From: Pseudogymnoascus verrucosus
Lineage: Eukaryota
Length of the DNA stretch: 64,000 bases
Assembly (NCBI GenBank): GCA_001662655.1
Contig: KV460212.1
Reading direction: 5' to 3' (one strand)
Shown: piece after piece, positions 25,704 to 36,951 of the stretch
How positions within the stretch are numbered: position 1 is the stretch's first letter
Layout: each line of letters opens with the position of its first letter
Translations under genes and position numbers: made by a program
The notes under the pieces: generated by a model
The model's database searches: none
What the model was told of the DNA's origin: nothing
The model's input: the letters and a program-made list of their open reading frames with translations, nothing else

Positions 25704-27803
25704 TGTTCCGGCCCAACCACGAAATATGCCCGCTCGTGAGCTGGCTGGCCCAACCACGAGCGGGGTAAGTGGCGGTGTAGAACGTAGAAAGCCCTTTAAA
25801 TCCAACATACCCCCATTATATACTGTATAGTAATAGCAATTATGGCTACTATTGCTTTAATAAACCCATTTCCACACAATGTGCGTACTGCTTTTGAAGC
25901 CTATATAAATAGTACAACCTATTATAATCGAGAGCTATTTTCAGACGAAAAGCAGAGCTATATGCGCACTATACTTGAAGATATAGCAGCCTATATACTA
26001 CCAAATAAAGAGGCTGTTAATCTTAAACACCATACAATATTAAACTTTACACTTGTTTATAATGAGCTACATAGAAAGAGTGATGCAAGACATCCTACTT
26101 CTCAATATGTAGTTCAAAAAGCAGAGGTGTTTGATGTTATTGCACAAGAGCACCTAAAGCTTCTATATGCAGGCTAGAACAAGGTATAGCCTACTATTAA
26201 GCAACAGTACTATGGAATAAAGCGTGAGGATGTAGAGTTTATACTCAAACAGTGTAAGAATTACACCTTAAACCGACTAAATACTACAAAAGCTCCCTTA
26301 GTTCCTATTATTATAGGGCGAGCGTAGGAGTAGGTTCAAATTGATCTAATTAATATGCGCTACAAGCCTTTAGGATAGTATAAGTGGATTCTTTATATAA
26401 AGGATCACTTCTCAAAGTATACATAGCTTTACCTATTGAAAAGCAAGCACGCAGAGCCAATTTTAGACTGCTTTGCTCAATTCATTGCAGCTTTCTTACC
26501 TCCTAAGATTATGCAAGCTAATAATGGGAAGGAATTCAAAGGGGCTCTCCTTATTCTACTACGGAAGTATGGAATTCAGGTGGTAAATGGAGTACCACGA
26601 TTACTGCAAACGCAAGGCCTAGTTAAGCAGGCAAATGGAGTTGTTGAGAATAAGCTCTAGGCATGGAAAATGGATCACGGGTCTACAGAATGGAAGAATG
26701 GGCTACTTGAAGTAGTGCTTGCTATGAACACCTAAATCCACTCTACAATTGGGTGTGCGCCAGCTAAGCTTCTATTCCAAGAGCGGAGCTCATACATTGA
26801 CTGGCTCAACAGTCAGGCCCGGAAGGATCTGTCAATTGGAGTTGAGCAGGAAGACCCAACTATGGGCCCGATATTTGAGAGTGATCTTGAGCCCGAAGCT
26901 CTAATTGACCCACAGCTCCGCCAGGCGCCAGAGCTCTCAATTGAGCTCAGAATTGGGAGCTCCTACTCTGAGCCAGAACTCGGAATTGAGCTCGCAATTG
27001 AGAGCTCCCACTCTGAGCCAGAACTCGGAATTGAGCTCGCAATTGAGAGTTCCCACTCCGAGCCAGAACTCGGAATTGAGCTCGCAATTGAGAGCTCACA
27101 CTCTGAGCCAGAAATTGGAATTGAGCTTCAGTGTGGGACCCGGGCTCGAGTTCCAGCTCAGCTTAGAACTGAGCTTCAGCTTACACCAGATCCTGTAATT
27201 GAGAGAGCTATAGTAGCTACTCAACGAGCAAGGATTTCTATGGTGCGGAAGTATACAAAGAAGCATGATATTCAGCACTTTAATATAGGAGCAATAGTCT
27301 CTATAAAGGTTCCTCGAGAGGATAGAACCTCAACTGATAATAAGAGGCTATTTGCACGCATTCTAGAAGAGCCTTACCCTTATAGGTATTGCATTCTTAC
27401 ACCTTCAGGTGTTATACAACGCCTTATACCTACAAAATCACTTAGAGTTGTAGAGCAAGCTCTATAGTCTAATATCATTATTCCTACTTCTACAAAGCAA
27501 GTAACACTAGGGCTTGCAGCTAGAGAGGCTTCTACAAGCGTACGGGTTAGAATATCATGTCAGTGCAAACAGCAGTGTGGTACAAAGCGGTGCCGGTGCT
27601 ATAAGGAAGCAAAGGAGTGTAGTGTACACTGTCATAATGATGACTATGACTGTGGGAATTTATCAGGCCTTGCTACTCGTACAGAAATAGCTTTAGTTAA
27701 GAGGCCTCGTCGGAAACGAGCACGGGCAGACACAGCTGGAAACGTAGCTATATAGATCAATTGATTACTTTTATTTCTAATTACTCGTGGTTGGGCCGGA
27801 ACA
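25704..27803 (+). mobile_element. Ginger-like DNA transposon (retroviral-type integrase between TIRs), RIP-inactivated
   Basis: 19-bp TIRs TGTTCCGGCCCAACCACGA / TCGTGGTTGGGCCGGAACA; 4-bp TSD TATA; one reading frame 25842-27755 with HHCC relic, VQIDLI, QANNGKEF, QGLVKQANG and C-terminal CQCKQQCGTKRCRC...CSVHCH; no RT or LTR. Confidence 0.85.
26958..27128 (+). repeat. 45-bp coding tandem repeat (~4 copies, SSHSEPELGIELAIE) inside the integrase frame
   Basis: CTGAGCCAGAACTCGGAATTGAGCTCGCAATTGAGAG recurs at a 45-nt period. Confidence 0.9.
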
Positions 27804-28017
27804 TATATGTAGAGTACTGTATGTATGGTCCTCCGCCGTGCCTCCCCCCATTCAACCTACAGATAGCAAATCCTCGGCTCCCCGCCGCCGCAGACGCAGA
27901 AGCCGAAACTCACACAAACTCAACTTCGAATATTTCAACCACCACGCGTCCCCATACCTCACCACATACTGCTTTCGACTCGTGGGAACAAGGCCTCGTA
28001 TAATAAAGGCGAAGAGG

Positions 28018-29403
28018 AGGGGAATTTCCATTTTTGCGCAGTTTCTACATATTTTCTACTAACTTGCGCACATTTAACAGGAGAAAGTAGTAAATTCTAC
28101 GACTATAGGCACTATAGGGGACATGCTTGATTTCTGCGCATAATCGGCTATAAACTATAAAGTATGCGCAGAATCTATAACTTGATGCATAAATCCCATA
28201 GTATAGGGAAAGACTTACCCTTACATAATTTAGGGGGGCTTCGCTGCTGTTTGAACATAAAACGCAAACTAACCTGTAATCTCAAGCACGGTTATATAAA
28301 TACAACTCTCACCAGCTAGAAACGCCGATGTTTAATGACATTGAAATAAGGTTTTAGGGCGTCTGCGCGCACTATATCGGCTATACCCGTACCACAGACG
28401 GGTGCTCCTGCCAAGCCATCGGCTTACCCCTGTCACTGAGGAGCGGTACTCCCACCGAGGAGCGGCGCTCTTACCGTCAGCTCTTACTGTCAGTTCTCAC
28501 TGTCGACTATCTGCTGTCGCTCATATACCTGCCGAAAACCTCCGTCATCCCCTCTTGCAATCTATGCAGAGATCTGCCTCTCGGCGCTGGCAAAATTATG
28601 AGAACACCGCCAGGCACATCCCATGCCGCTACGGGGAATTCCAGTAGACAGATTTACAGGAAGCTCTGCCCTCTACTATCCCCAAAGTTACACTCCTGCG
28701 ATAGAATCCTCGTACACATCGCAGACGCTGAAGATGGAAAGATGAAGCTCGTCTCCGTTCACGCAGGTCGGACCGGGGCATTCCTGGTGCTCCATGTGAC
28801 TGTAACGTACTTCTCGTAATATTTGGTCCTTCCTGTCGCTGTTTCCCTGTTATCGTTTGTTCTGCTGTTGTCTCTCTCACCGCCATTTTCTCACCACCGT
28901 CAAACCCATTGTCGTCAGCGCGCTCTCAACCCAAAGCCCATCGATATTAGCTGACAGTTTCATGGGATCTCATCTAGTCCCATGTTCTGTGTGAACATGT
29001 CTGATCTTCCACAGCCTACTACATAGTCTGTCTTGCCGGGATGAATCGACATTTGCCGCCTAATATATAGGGAAGTTCTCTTTGTCTAAGTACTAAATAG
29101 CGGGGATTAATACTTAATTGCCTTTATAGCATGGCGTGGGGAGAAACACACTTCATTTCCCCTATATTATAAAAAGCCATATTTCGGTGCTATAGGATAC
29201 TAAATTTGCGCAAAAACCGTATGGAATATGAAATTCTGCGCGTAAAAGGGGAATCCCTATCTCTAACCTCATAGCTTAATTTTCGTAACACTTTCTTTCC
29301 CCTCATGTAAAATTTGCGCAAAAACTACACAGAATATGAAATTATGCGTAGAAAAGGGGAATCCCAACTATCCCTAACTCTACGGCTTAACTTTCGTAAA
29401 ACT
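28018..29403. repeat. Segment bounded by degenerate inverted repeats carrying paired TGCGCA sites; ~108-bp direct duplication on the right
   Basis: TGCGCA-like pairs at 28035/28065, 28135/28165, 29207/29237 and 29315/29345; 29202-29292 repeated at 29310-29403; 28018-28076 resembles the reverse complement of 29202-29257. Confidence 0.65.
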
Positions 29404-30053
29404 TCATTTTTCTCCCTATATATATACCCCCCTGCTAACCATTTCTCTCATATTCTATTTCTCTTCCTTTCATACTCGAAATCTTCTCCTTGCTGCTCTT
29501 CCCTATGCCGAAAGTTCTCCTTGGCCAATACTGGATATCTGATCGATACGCTTACCGCATACTTGGGCTACCACTACATTTGTGCTTGAACGGACAGCTA
29601 TCCGATCCCAGCCTAACAGCGCTACCTGGTACAGCCTCACCTTAGGTTGCGCAACTCGACTCTGGTCATTCCCTGTGGTGGTGCTCAACGCATTCTGAAA
29701 TCAATACAACTTTCTTTGGTAGGTCCTAATCCTCTTCATCTATCGGGCATCGACCTAACTTGACGTAGCATTACCAACCCGATTGCGGTCGCCAACCCCA
29801 AGTCTTTCGCGTCGGCTTCCTCAAAGTGCACACTGTCCTGTGCCATCTTGGTCTCCGACCCAAGTCTTATACTGTCCGGTACCTAGTAAGTCTACTCTAA
29901 TTATTCAACACGATCCTTTCTAACTCGATGTAGTCTTATACGCGGCTCCGACCCCCTTGCCTATACGCCTTTCACCTCCATTCTACGCTCTCTAAATTGC
30001 TCTCTTCGTGATATCCGAGTCACTTACCTACGCCCTTGCGACATCCCGTCATA

Positions 30054-31177
30054 ATGGCACCACAAGTCGTTAATGGGCCATCCCTCGAGGCATACCTTGC
30101 CCAAACGGCGAGATCCACATACGCACTTCCGTTTGAGTCGACCCCTATGGGATACCCGAAAATAATCGGCCGGACGTGGGACCCAGTTATCGGCTCTAGA
30201 CCATTCACCATCGGAGTAATACCAATGGACATGCCGCTGTCAGATGGCGTAAAAACGCTGATGACGATATTAGCAGAGCGAAACACGGACGGTTTTACGA
30301 TCGACAAACTCCACCGCTATATGGGCTTTGCTAAAGATGGAACACTACAGCCAAGCACTTACCCGGGGCGGGCAGACGATTTATGACGCTGCTAGGGAGT
30401 TGATTACAATCCATGGGCAAGTGATGCATGGATCGGCATATGATGACCGGCGGCGACCCAGCGGGAGGACAACAGAAAGGGATTATATGGTTCATATAGG
30501 TCATGCGCCGAGCACCAGGCTGGTTCTCAAAGCTCTACTACGGGCTAGATACGGACAATATCGCTGAAGCAAAGGCATATGCTCACGCCTAGGTCGAGCA
30601 CCTAGAGCCGCGCAGAGAAAACCACCAAGACGCGATCAACGAATATAACAACGTGATACTTAATGAAGCCTGCTTTCGGATTGAGGACAGAACGGCCTTG
30701 TACCAAGAGCATCTCTTTGTCCAACATGCCATCGGCGAAGGAAGTGACGCCGGCTACCCAACAGACCTTGGGTCGACCAGCGATGATGAGTTCGATTTCG
30801 GGTCCGACTTCGGCTATAGTTCCGACCCTGATTATCAGTCGAAGAACACCGGTGCCATGCATAACGGCGCGATGACCATTTCCGCTGCGGCCGCAGAGGA
30901 AAGAGCAGCTCAGCGCATCCGAGACAGAGAGAGAGAGAGAACGGTGAACCACGACTCTATGATCGATGGAATGTGGCGAGCAAGCCTAAAATTCATCATG
31001 GCCACATTACGCCAGATCTCATGCGCAGGGCAGAGCATACGACCGAAAGCTCTAAGAACCATTTACTTTAACCGCCTCGAGGCCGAACTAATGGAAGCCC
31101 TTACATACATTCAAAAGAAATTCGGTCTCGTTAATGCAGAGGATATAACGGGTTTCGGAGGCATCTATAATATATAA
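30054..31177 (+). pseudogene. Frameshifted, stop-interrupted ORF of unknown family
   Basis: Three consecutive ORF fragments in different frames (MAPQVVNG..., IYDAARELI..., AHA*VEHLEPRREN...GIYNI*); intron-like GTAGGT..TAG and GTAAGT..TAG segments upstream. Confidence 0.5.
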
Positions 31178-31541
31178 GTTAGAACGGATGTGGGATAGTC
31201 AGGGGATGTAGTACGTACATGTTCAACCGCTACATATTAGGACGGGTAGCAAGAGGAGCACGAGGCGCCAGAGGAGTTGGGATCGAGCTGGTGTAGTCGG
31301 ATAAGAGTCAGAGGCTTCTATATAGCAGGACGGATGCGAGTTGGACGAGAACTAAAAGTTAGAACTGGTATGAGACGGATGCGAGATGAGGTACTTACGA
31401 TTCAGACTGCCAGCTCTCGTAACGGACACGGAACGGATAGGTATTCAGATCTTCCTTCTGTAAGTTAGAACCGATGCGAGTTGGACAAGAGTACGGCATA
31501 CGTACAACTGCAAAACCAGCAATACCAGACACGCCCAACGC

Positions 31542-31900
31542 CTACTCGCTCTCGAACTCCCTGTCGATGCGTTCCATGGCCTCATCCCACGCTTTATCGG
31601 CGTGGTATTGTGTTTCCTCAGCCATGAATGGGCTCGCAGTTTCGATTGTAACGTCGGTCACGTGTCCAGGCACCACGCGCACGATGCGGTTGAGGAGGTT
31701 TTCATACTTCGCACCCATGGCCTTTTCCTTCTCGCGCGCATCTTCGAGTTCGGCTTTCAGAGTGGCGACCAGCTTCTTCTCAAGTTCATACATGGCTTTG
31801 TAAAGGTCCTTAGTCTTCGTTACTATTTATAAATATTAGATTTGAATTTATACGGTTGCGACACTGGCTTACCAGTCTCAAGGTCGTTGTTGTCAGCCAT
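31542..31900 (-). CDS. Small coiled-coil hypothetical protein (~100 aa, 2 exons)
   Basis: MADNNDLET|V-TKTKDLYKAMYELEKKLVATLKAELEDAREKEK...; GTAAGC...CTAAT...TAG intron joins in frame. Confidence 0.55.
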
Positions 31901-31943
31901 GATCATGGACTTTTTAGAGCCGTGTTGGTTGGAGACGAAATAT

Positions 31944-32010
31944 TAGTCGGATGCGTGTTAGTCGGATGCGTGTTGGCTGGATGCGTGTTGCGTGTTTGAT
32001 GCGTGTTGGT
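31944..32010. repeat. Short tandem (GA)TGCGTGTT array
   Basis: Five TGCGTGTT units; related CGGATGCGAG and AAGTTAGAAC motifs recur at 31176-31490. Confidence 0.7.
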
Positions 32011-32263
32011 TATCGGATAGGCGTGACTTGGGGTGTTTGTGGGGTTGTGATAGTTAAGAGAAAGAAGGAGGAAAGGTAGTAAACTAGGTAAAAGGTTGGC
32101 TTTTATAGTTTTCTCGTCACATACAAATTCTCATCCCATACAAATAAGTAAGCGGCACGAATTTGTTCTACTTATCCAAATTCACTCTGCATACAAAATC
32201 CCACATAAAAAAACTCCATTTAAGCAAAAAGGTATCTTAGTCTAAAACACATCACACACCACA

Positions 32264-34006
32264 TCACAAACTCTGCTTCCCCCTCGTCTCAATAGGGAAT
32301 CCCAACATGGCGACAAACGCCGCAAACATAAGTCCGCCACTTGCGTAAATGGGCGCCTTTGGGTTGCCGCTGCTGGCATAGATGGCCACAATGGGGGCGC
32401 AAATACCGGCAACACGATTCAAGAAGCTGGCGATACCAGACCCAGTCCCGCGGCTCGGCGCTGGGAAGACCTCTGGCGTGTAGGCATAGAGCACACCGTA
32501 CATGATGTTCTGGAAGAAGGACTCGATGCAGGTGAAGATGAGCTGGAAGTCAGGGTTTGTGCTAATGGTGAAGAGGAACAAAAATATGCCCGTGATGAGG
32601 GTGGCGATGGCCATTGTGCCCTTGCGACCGACATACTTGATGTTGACGGTGTAGCAGGCAATGATGGAGCCGGGGACACCGCATATGGAGATGATGGCGT
32701 AGTTGCGGTACACAATGTCTGTTGGCGTAGGAGGGGCATTGGGGTCGACACTCGTGAGATATTGGGTGAGGAAGGAATTGAACAGCGGGTAACCCATTCC
32801 AATCGCGGTCCAGCAGAACCACAAAAGCGCAGTGTTGATCGCAAGGCGCTTGTAGGCGAAGAGCGGCGCGATGCGCTTGGTGGAGAACTTCTCGACCTGG
32901 CGCTTGATGATGTCTTTTGTGGAGAGTACTTGGTCTGGGACTTCCTCCAAGCTACCTCCTATCGCGTCGAGAACCTCCTCGCTGATCCAGGTCTTGGTCT
33001 TGTTCTTGAAGGCAATGCCTCTGACGACGGCGACGGCTTCGCGTTGACGGCCACGGCTGAGCAGGAACTTCGGCGACTCGAACAGGTGGAAGAAGAAGAA
33101 GCGGCAGATGAACATGGCAAAGGTGAAGGCTCCCATGGTAAAGTTGAGATATCTCCAGCCCATGTTCAACTCCTTGGTACAGCACGCCTCGCCGGGGCCA
33201 ACGTTGCCACAATACCCGAGCGACTGGTCGCAAGAATAGTTTGGGATGAAGCCCCAGGCGATGAGCGATCCGATCAGCTGACCGATTGGCCAGAAGACAC
33301 TCAACATGGTGAGGAGGTTCCCGCTGGCAAATGGCAGGAACTCGAGGAACAGGGCACCGTCGACTGGCAGATTGCCGCCAACGCCTAATCCGAGCGCGGC
33401 GTACAGACCGCAGACGGTGATCCAGTTCTGGGCACCTCCAACCGCAAGGCCGAAAACACCAGCCATGAAGAGGGTAATGTTGAAGGCAGGGCGTCTTCCG
33501 ATCGCGTCGCAGGCCACACCCCAGAAGACGGCGCCAATGCACAGTCCCACAAAGAGCGACAGCGTGGTGAAGCGGACCTGAGTGTCCGAGATGCCAAACT
33601 CGGCCGAGAGCGAGGTCAGCGTCAGGGCGACACCCTGGAGCCAGAGGTTATCAGCCAACCAGCCGAAGCCGCACAGAACGAAGAGCTTCCACTGGTACCG
33701 GCCCATGCCGATATCCTGGATCGCGCGGTTGATGACCTTTGATTTGCGGTCGTAGGCCGAGTCGGTGCCGCTGGCCGCAATCTCGGCGTCGATCTCGGCT
33801 CTCAGCTGCTCAATGGTGAAGCCATCTTCGCTGCTGCCGCCATGGCTGCCGATGTGGCTCTCCTGGTCGCTCTCGCGGTCTGCAGGCGCGTCGCCTACGG
33901 ACTTCTTTTCCTTATCGGAAGTGCGGGAACTGAGGGCCAGCGGGACGTAGACTTCTGGGTAGTCCTCAATGTCATGCTTCCCAAACGGGTTCAGGAAGAG
34001 CGGCAT
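32264..34006 (-). CDS. MFS transporter (SV2/sugar-porter-like), intronless, 580 aa
   Basis: Multiple TM segments, DAIGRRP, ESPKFL, YTPEVFPAPSRGTG, PIETRGK motifs. Confidence 0.93.
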   Translation of the reverse strand: MPLFLNPFGKHDIEDYPEVYVPLALSSRTSDKEKKSVGDAPADRESDQESHIGSHGGSSEDGFTIEQLRAEIDAEIAASGTDSAYDRKSKVINRAIQDIGMGRYQWKLFVLCGFGWLADNLWLQGVALTLTSLSAEFGISDTQVRFTTLSLFVGLCIGAVFWGVACDAIGRRPAFNITLFMAGVFGLAVGGAQNWITVCGLYAALGLGVGGNLPVDGALFLEFLPFASGNLLTMLSVFWPIGQLIGSLIAWGFIPNYSCDQSLGYCGNVGPGEACCTKELNMGWRYLNFTMGAFTFAMFICRFFFFHLFESPKFLLSRGRQREAVAVVRGIAFKNKTKTWISEEVLDAIGGSLEEVPDQVLSTKDIIKRQVEKFSTKRIAPLFAYKRLAINTALLWFCWTAIGMGYPLFNSFLTQYLTSVDPNAPPTPTDIVYRNYAIISICGVPGSIIACYTVNIKYVGRKGTMAIATLITGIFLFLFTISTNPDFQLIFTCIESFFQNIMYGVLYAYTPEVFPAPSRGTGSGIASFLNRVAGICAPIVAIYASSGNPKAPIYASGGLMFAAFVAMLGFPIETRGKQSL

Positions 34007-36951
34007 GGTGATCTGCGTGGTGAGTCGTCGGCTACGATCTGTTTATCAAAAAAATGTCGTGAGCTGTCAAACTACGCTTGATCCTTTTTTTTTGGTGACA
34101 AATGTCAAATCAATGGCAGGTCGTCTCGAGCAATGGGATTGCCGTTTTTATATCATGCTATGCAGAGCACAGGTTCAGTATCACGCGACACGAGCGACTT
34201 ACCCAATGCCACTGATATGTAGTCGAGTGTGTGGAGGTGCAGGAGGTATAAGTGATAAATGAGACTCTATTTGGTGAGTAAAAAGAGTTTGACGTCGAAT
34301 TATGGAAAGATAGGAAGAGGAAGAGAAGAGAAGGAAGTTAGGAGAAGTAATAGTAGAAGAGATTCACAGATAGCCGACAAGGCGAAGAAGCGGCGCACAC
34401 GAGAGACGGGATGGACTCTCACGAACGCTTGTTTCGCTTCGGGGTTGTTTTGGTCCGCCTGGAATTGGCGCCAAGCATCCGGTGTGGGATCAGTGTGGGA
34501 GTTGGTTGTCGAGGGCAGCCAATGCGAAGCACGCAAATATACGCACGATTCATAAACAGGGCAATGATTGTCGGTGGATTCGACGCCGTCGCAACACGCC
34601 GGAAGGGTCCAACAGGGAAGGACTAGGGAGACCAGCAGGGAACTTGCCCCAGACGGAGAGGGCGACAACCAAGATCAACGAATTGTCAAGGCGTGGTCAG
34701 CGAATGAAGGGGACAGCTGGGACAAGTCGGTGGAAAAAGTCTGCGGCTAGCGTTGTCACGAGATTTTAGGCCGTTAGATCGCTGGGATCATTGGACGCTG
34801 GGAAGGATGGTGACTGCAAGACACAGGGATAGTCGATATGATGTACGGTAATACTCTGATATGCACGGCAAATGCGCTGTCTTTCTCTGTAGAACTGTAG
34901 ACCGTCAGCTGTGGCTCTTTGTGTTGCCGTGTGTTGCCGCCATGGCCTGAACTTACCGCAAGCACATTTTTTGTAAGGCTGTTTGGGGGGAGGGGCGGCG
35001 GGGCGACGGGCGGCCATGACGTCGATGGCGTTGCGATGCCGCATGACGTACCACACACACTATGGCAGTTGGAAGTAACTTCAGTGGCTTTAGTGGTAGG
35101 GATGTCACGCCACGCGAGCGTCAACTCCACCGAAATTTCACCAAGTTGCGCTCTTCCAAGCAAATCACAGGGGAAACCAAGCACACCCAAGCCACACCCA
35201 CGCTCACCCAAGAACACCAAAAGCCCCCCCAACCAATACCCCTAGCCCCCTAGCACCTGGATTTCTCCCTCAAGAAATCCACCCCACGCTCTTGTGTCTC
35301 GTATGCCCGTCACTTCCTCGTACATCCCACTAACCCGGGATTAGAGATTGTCATTTTACTTTGTAAACTCACATTCGGGCTGTTTACAGCTGATCTGAGC
35401 GATCTGACTCGGCCGGCTCTTCTTGGCCTGCACGAACTGAACACCGTTCGCAGCGTAAATGCGGAAGGTGCGAACGAGTCTCCTCCTCCTGCCCTCAGAC
35501 GACCCGGCCTTCATCAATCCAGGGCCCGCGTTCAGCGTTCCGCGCCAGCGTCGTCAAGACATGAAATTTCCCTCCCGAATCAGGAACGCCACTGCCCCAT
35601 CCACTTTCTCTACTCTCGGCATCGGTTTTCCCTCTAGTCGCATCTTCATTTTTTCCCGTTGCCGATCGGAATTCGGCATGGAAACAACGTGCAGAGTCTT
35701 TCCTTCCCTGTTTCCCACAGCATCAACTCGTCACCCCGTCGTATTTCGCATCGACTTCCTGATCCATCACCCCTTCGCAACCGCCATCTTCTGAATGTCA
35801 ACTCCCCCACGTACATCCAAAGTACGACGCTGTGACCTCCACGGAAAGGCTGTGGCTTGCGCCAAAAAGGCTCTGACATCCTCCACCCCCAGACATCCTG
35901 GACGCCACTGCTGAGTCCTATAGGCTGGATGTGCCTGTACCATGCGCCTGGTGGCGGCTTGGCTCTTACTTGACGGCGCCACTACCTCCGTATTAGCTCC
36001 AGCACATGGCAGGGGATGGGCCGGGGTATCATCCTTGAGGCATTTTAGTGCCTCGAGTAATGATCCTTTGGAGTCGCCAGCTGTGCAAGTTATGTAACGT
36101 GAGATTGGGGGATAGCAAGGGACGGACTCGCTGAAAATACGGAGTATGCGGAGCAAAAGTGGGCATACTGTGGGTCGCCGACGAAGAAAGCCATGCGGAA
36201 ACTCCAGGCCGAAATTATCGTCATCCTGAATTCCATGCCGGCGACGACGACTCGAGTTCGGAAACGTAAGAGCCAATCTCTAGACTGTGAGGACGCTCCA
36301 GGTATGACTACGTCTTTTCTGGGTAGTAGATAAGCCGCCTGACAGAGCCATACGAGTAATCCCGTGATTTCTATATCCAAAGCCCAAATTCCACTGAAGC
36401 TCTGGATGTCGAGAGCAATAGCAAACAATCTCTCGATTCAAAGCGAACTGCCGCAGTTAATACCATCCAACAGCCGCGTAGAGCATAGCAATCAATCATC
36501 CAATTCAGAGTGAACTGCCGCACTGAATACCATCAAACAGCCGCGTACAGCAATAAGCATAATCCCGTGACTTCTGAGACCAAGATCTCACTAAGTTTCT
36601 CGATCGAAAGTAAAACGACCTTCCCTAATAAAGAGTAATCCCAACAATGAATACGATCCCACTAACCGCTGTAAAGTCAGCACTAAATACCGTATCCGGA
36701 AGAGAAAGATACGTTTTCTCGTCGGTTTCGTTCAAGGCGCTGCTTATGTAAGCACTGTGTAGATTCGTCGCTGTGTCACGTGACTGTCACGTTCCCTGAC
36801 TTCACCTAGTCTCCTGACCAGCCAATCAAGTGACTATCTGCCTTATCGAGATTGCAGTAGAGTCTGCCTTATCAAGATCGCATAACGAAACCATCAAGAG
36901 CCATCAAGATCGCAGAACGACGCACTCATCTCAACATCATCGCCGGCAGCA

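Larger units (their letters stand above)
23224..27822 (-). mobile_element. Tc1/impala-like transposon relic (3' part of DDE transposase and 3' end), interrupted by two insertions
   Basis: Minus-strand STLHIMD|CDFESKKH...FIQDNASIH...*PPYSLDLNPIENA...ANGWHTKY* (25266-25700, continuing at ~27808-27820); putative RIP-altered terminus TA|CAATAAACGCCCATAAGT at 23224 (end position uncertain). Confidence 0.7.

Noticed and set aside
26958..27128. Regular repeat resembling a CRISPR array
   Set aside because: No unique spacers, in-frame coding repeat, eukaryotic context
32419..33597. Alternative-frame and antisense ORFs over the MFS gene (likewise over GH17, IWS1 and NUP57)
   Set aside because: Shadow ORFs from GC-rich codon usage
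34080..36430. Many overlapping 60-170 aa ORFs between the MFS and PQ-loop genes
   Set aside because: No recognisable motifs or convincing spliced model; treated as intergenic/UTR
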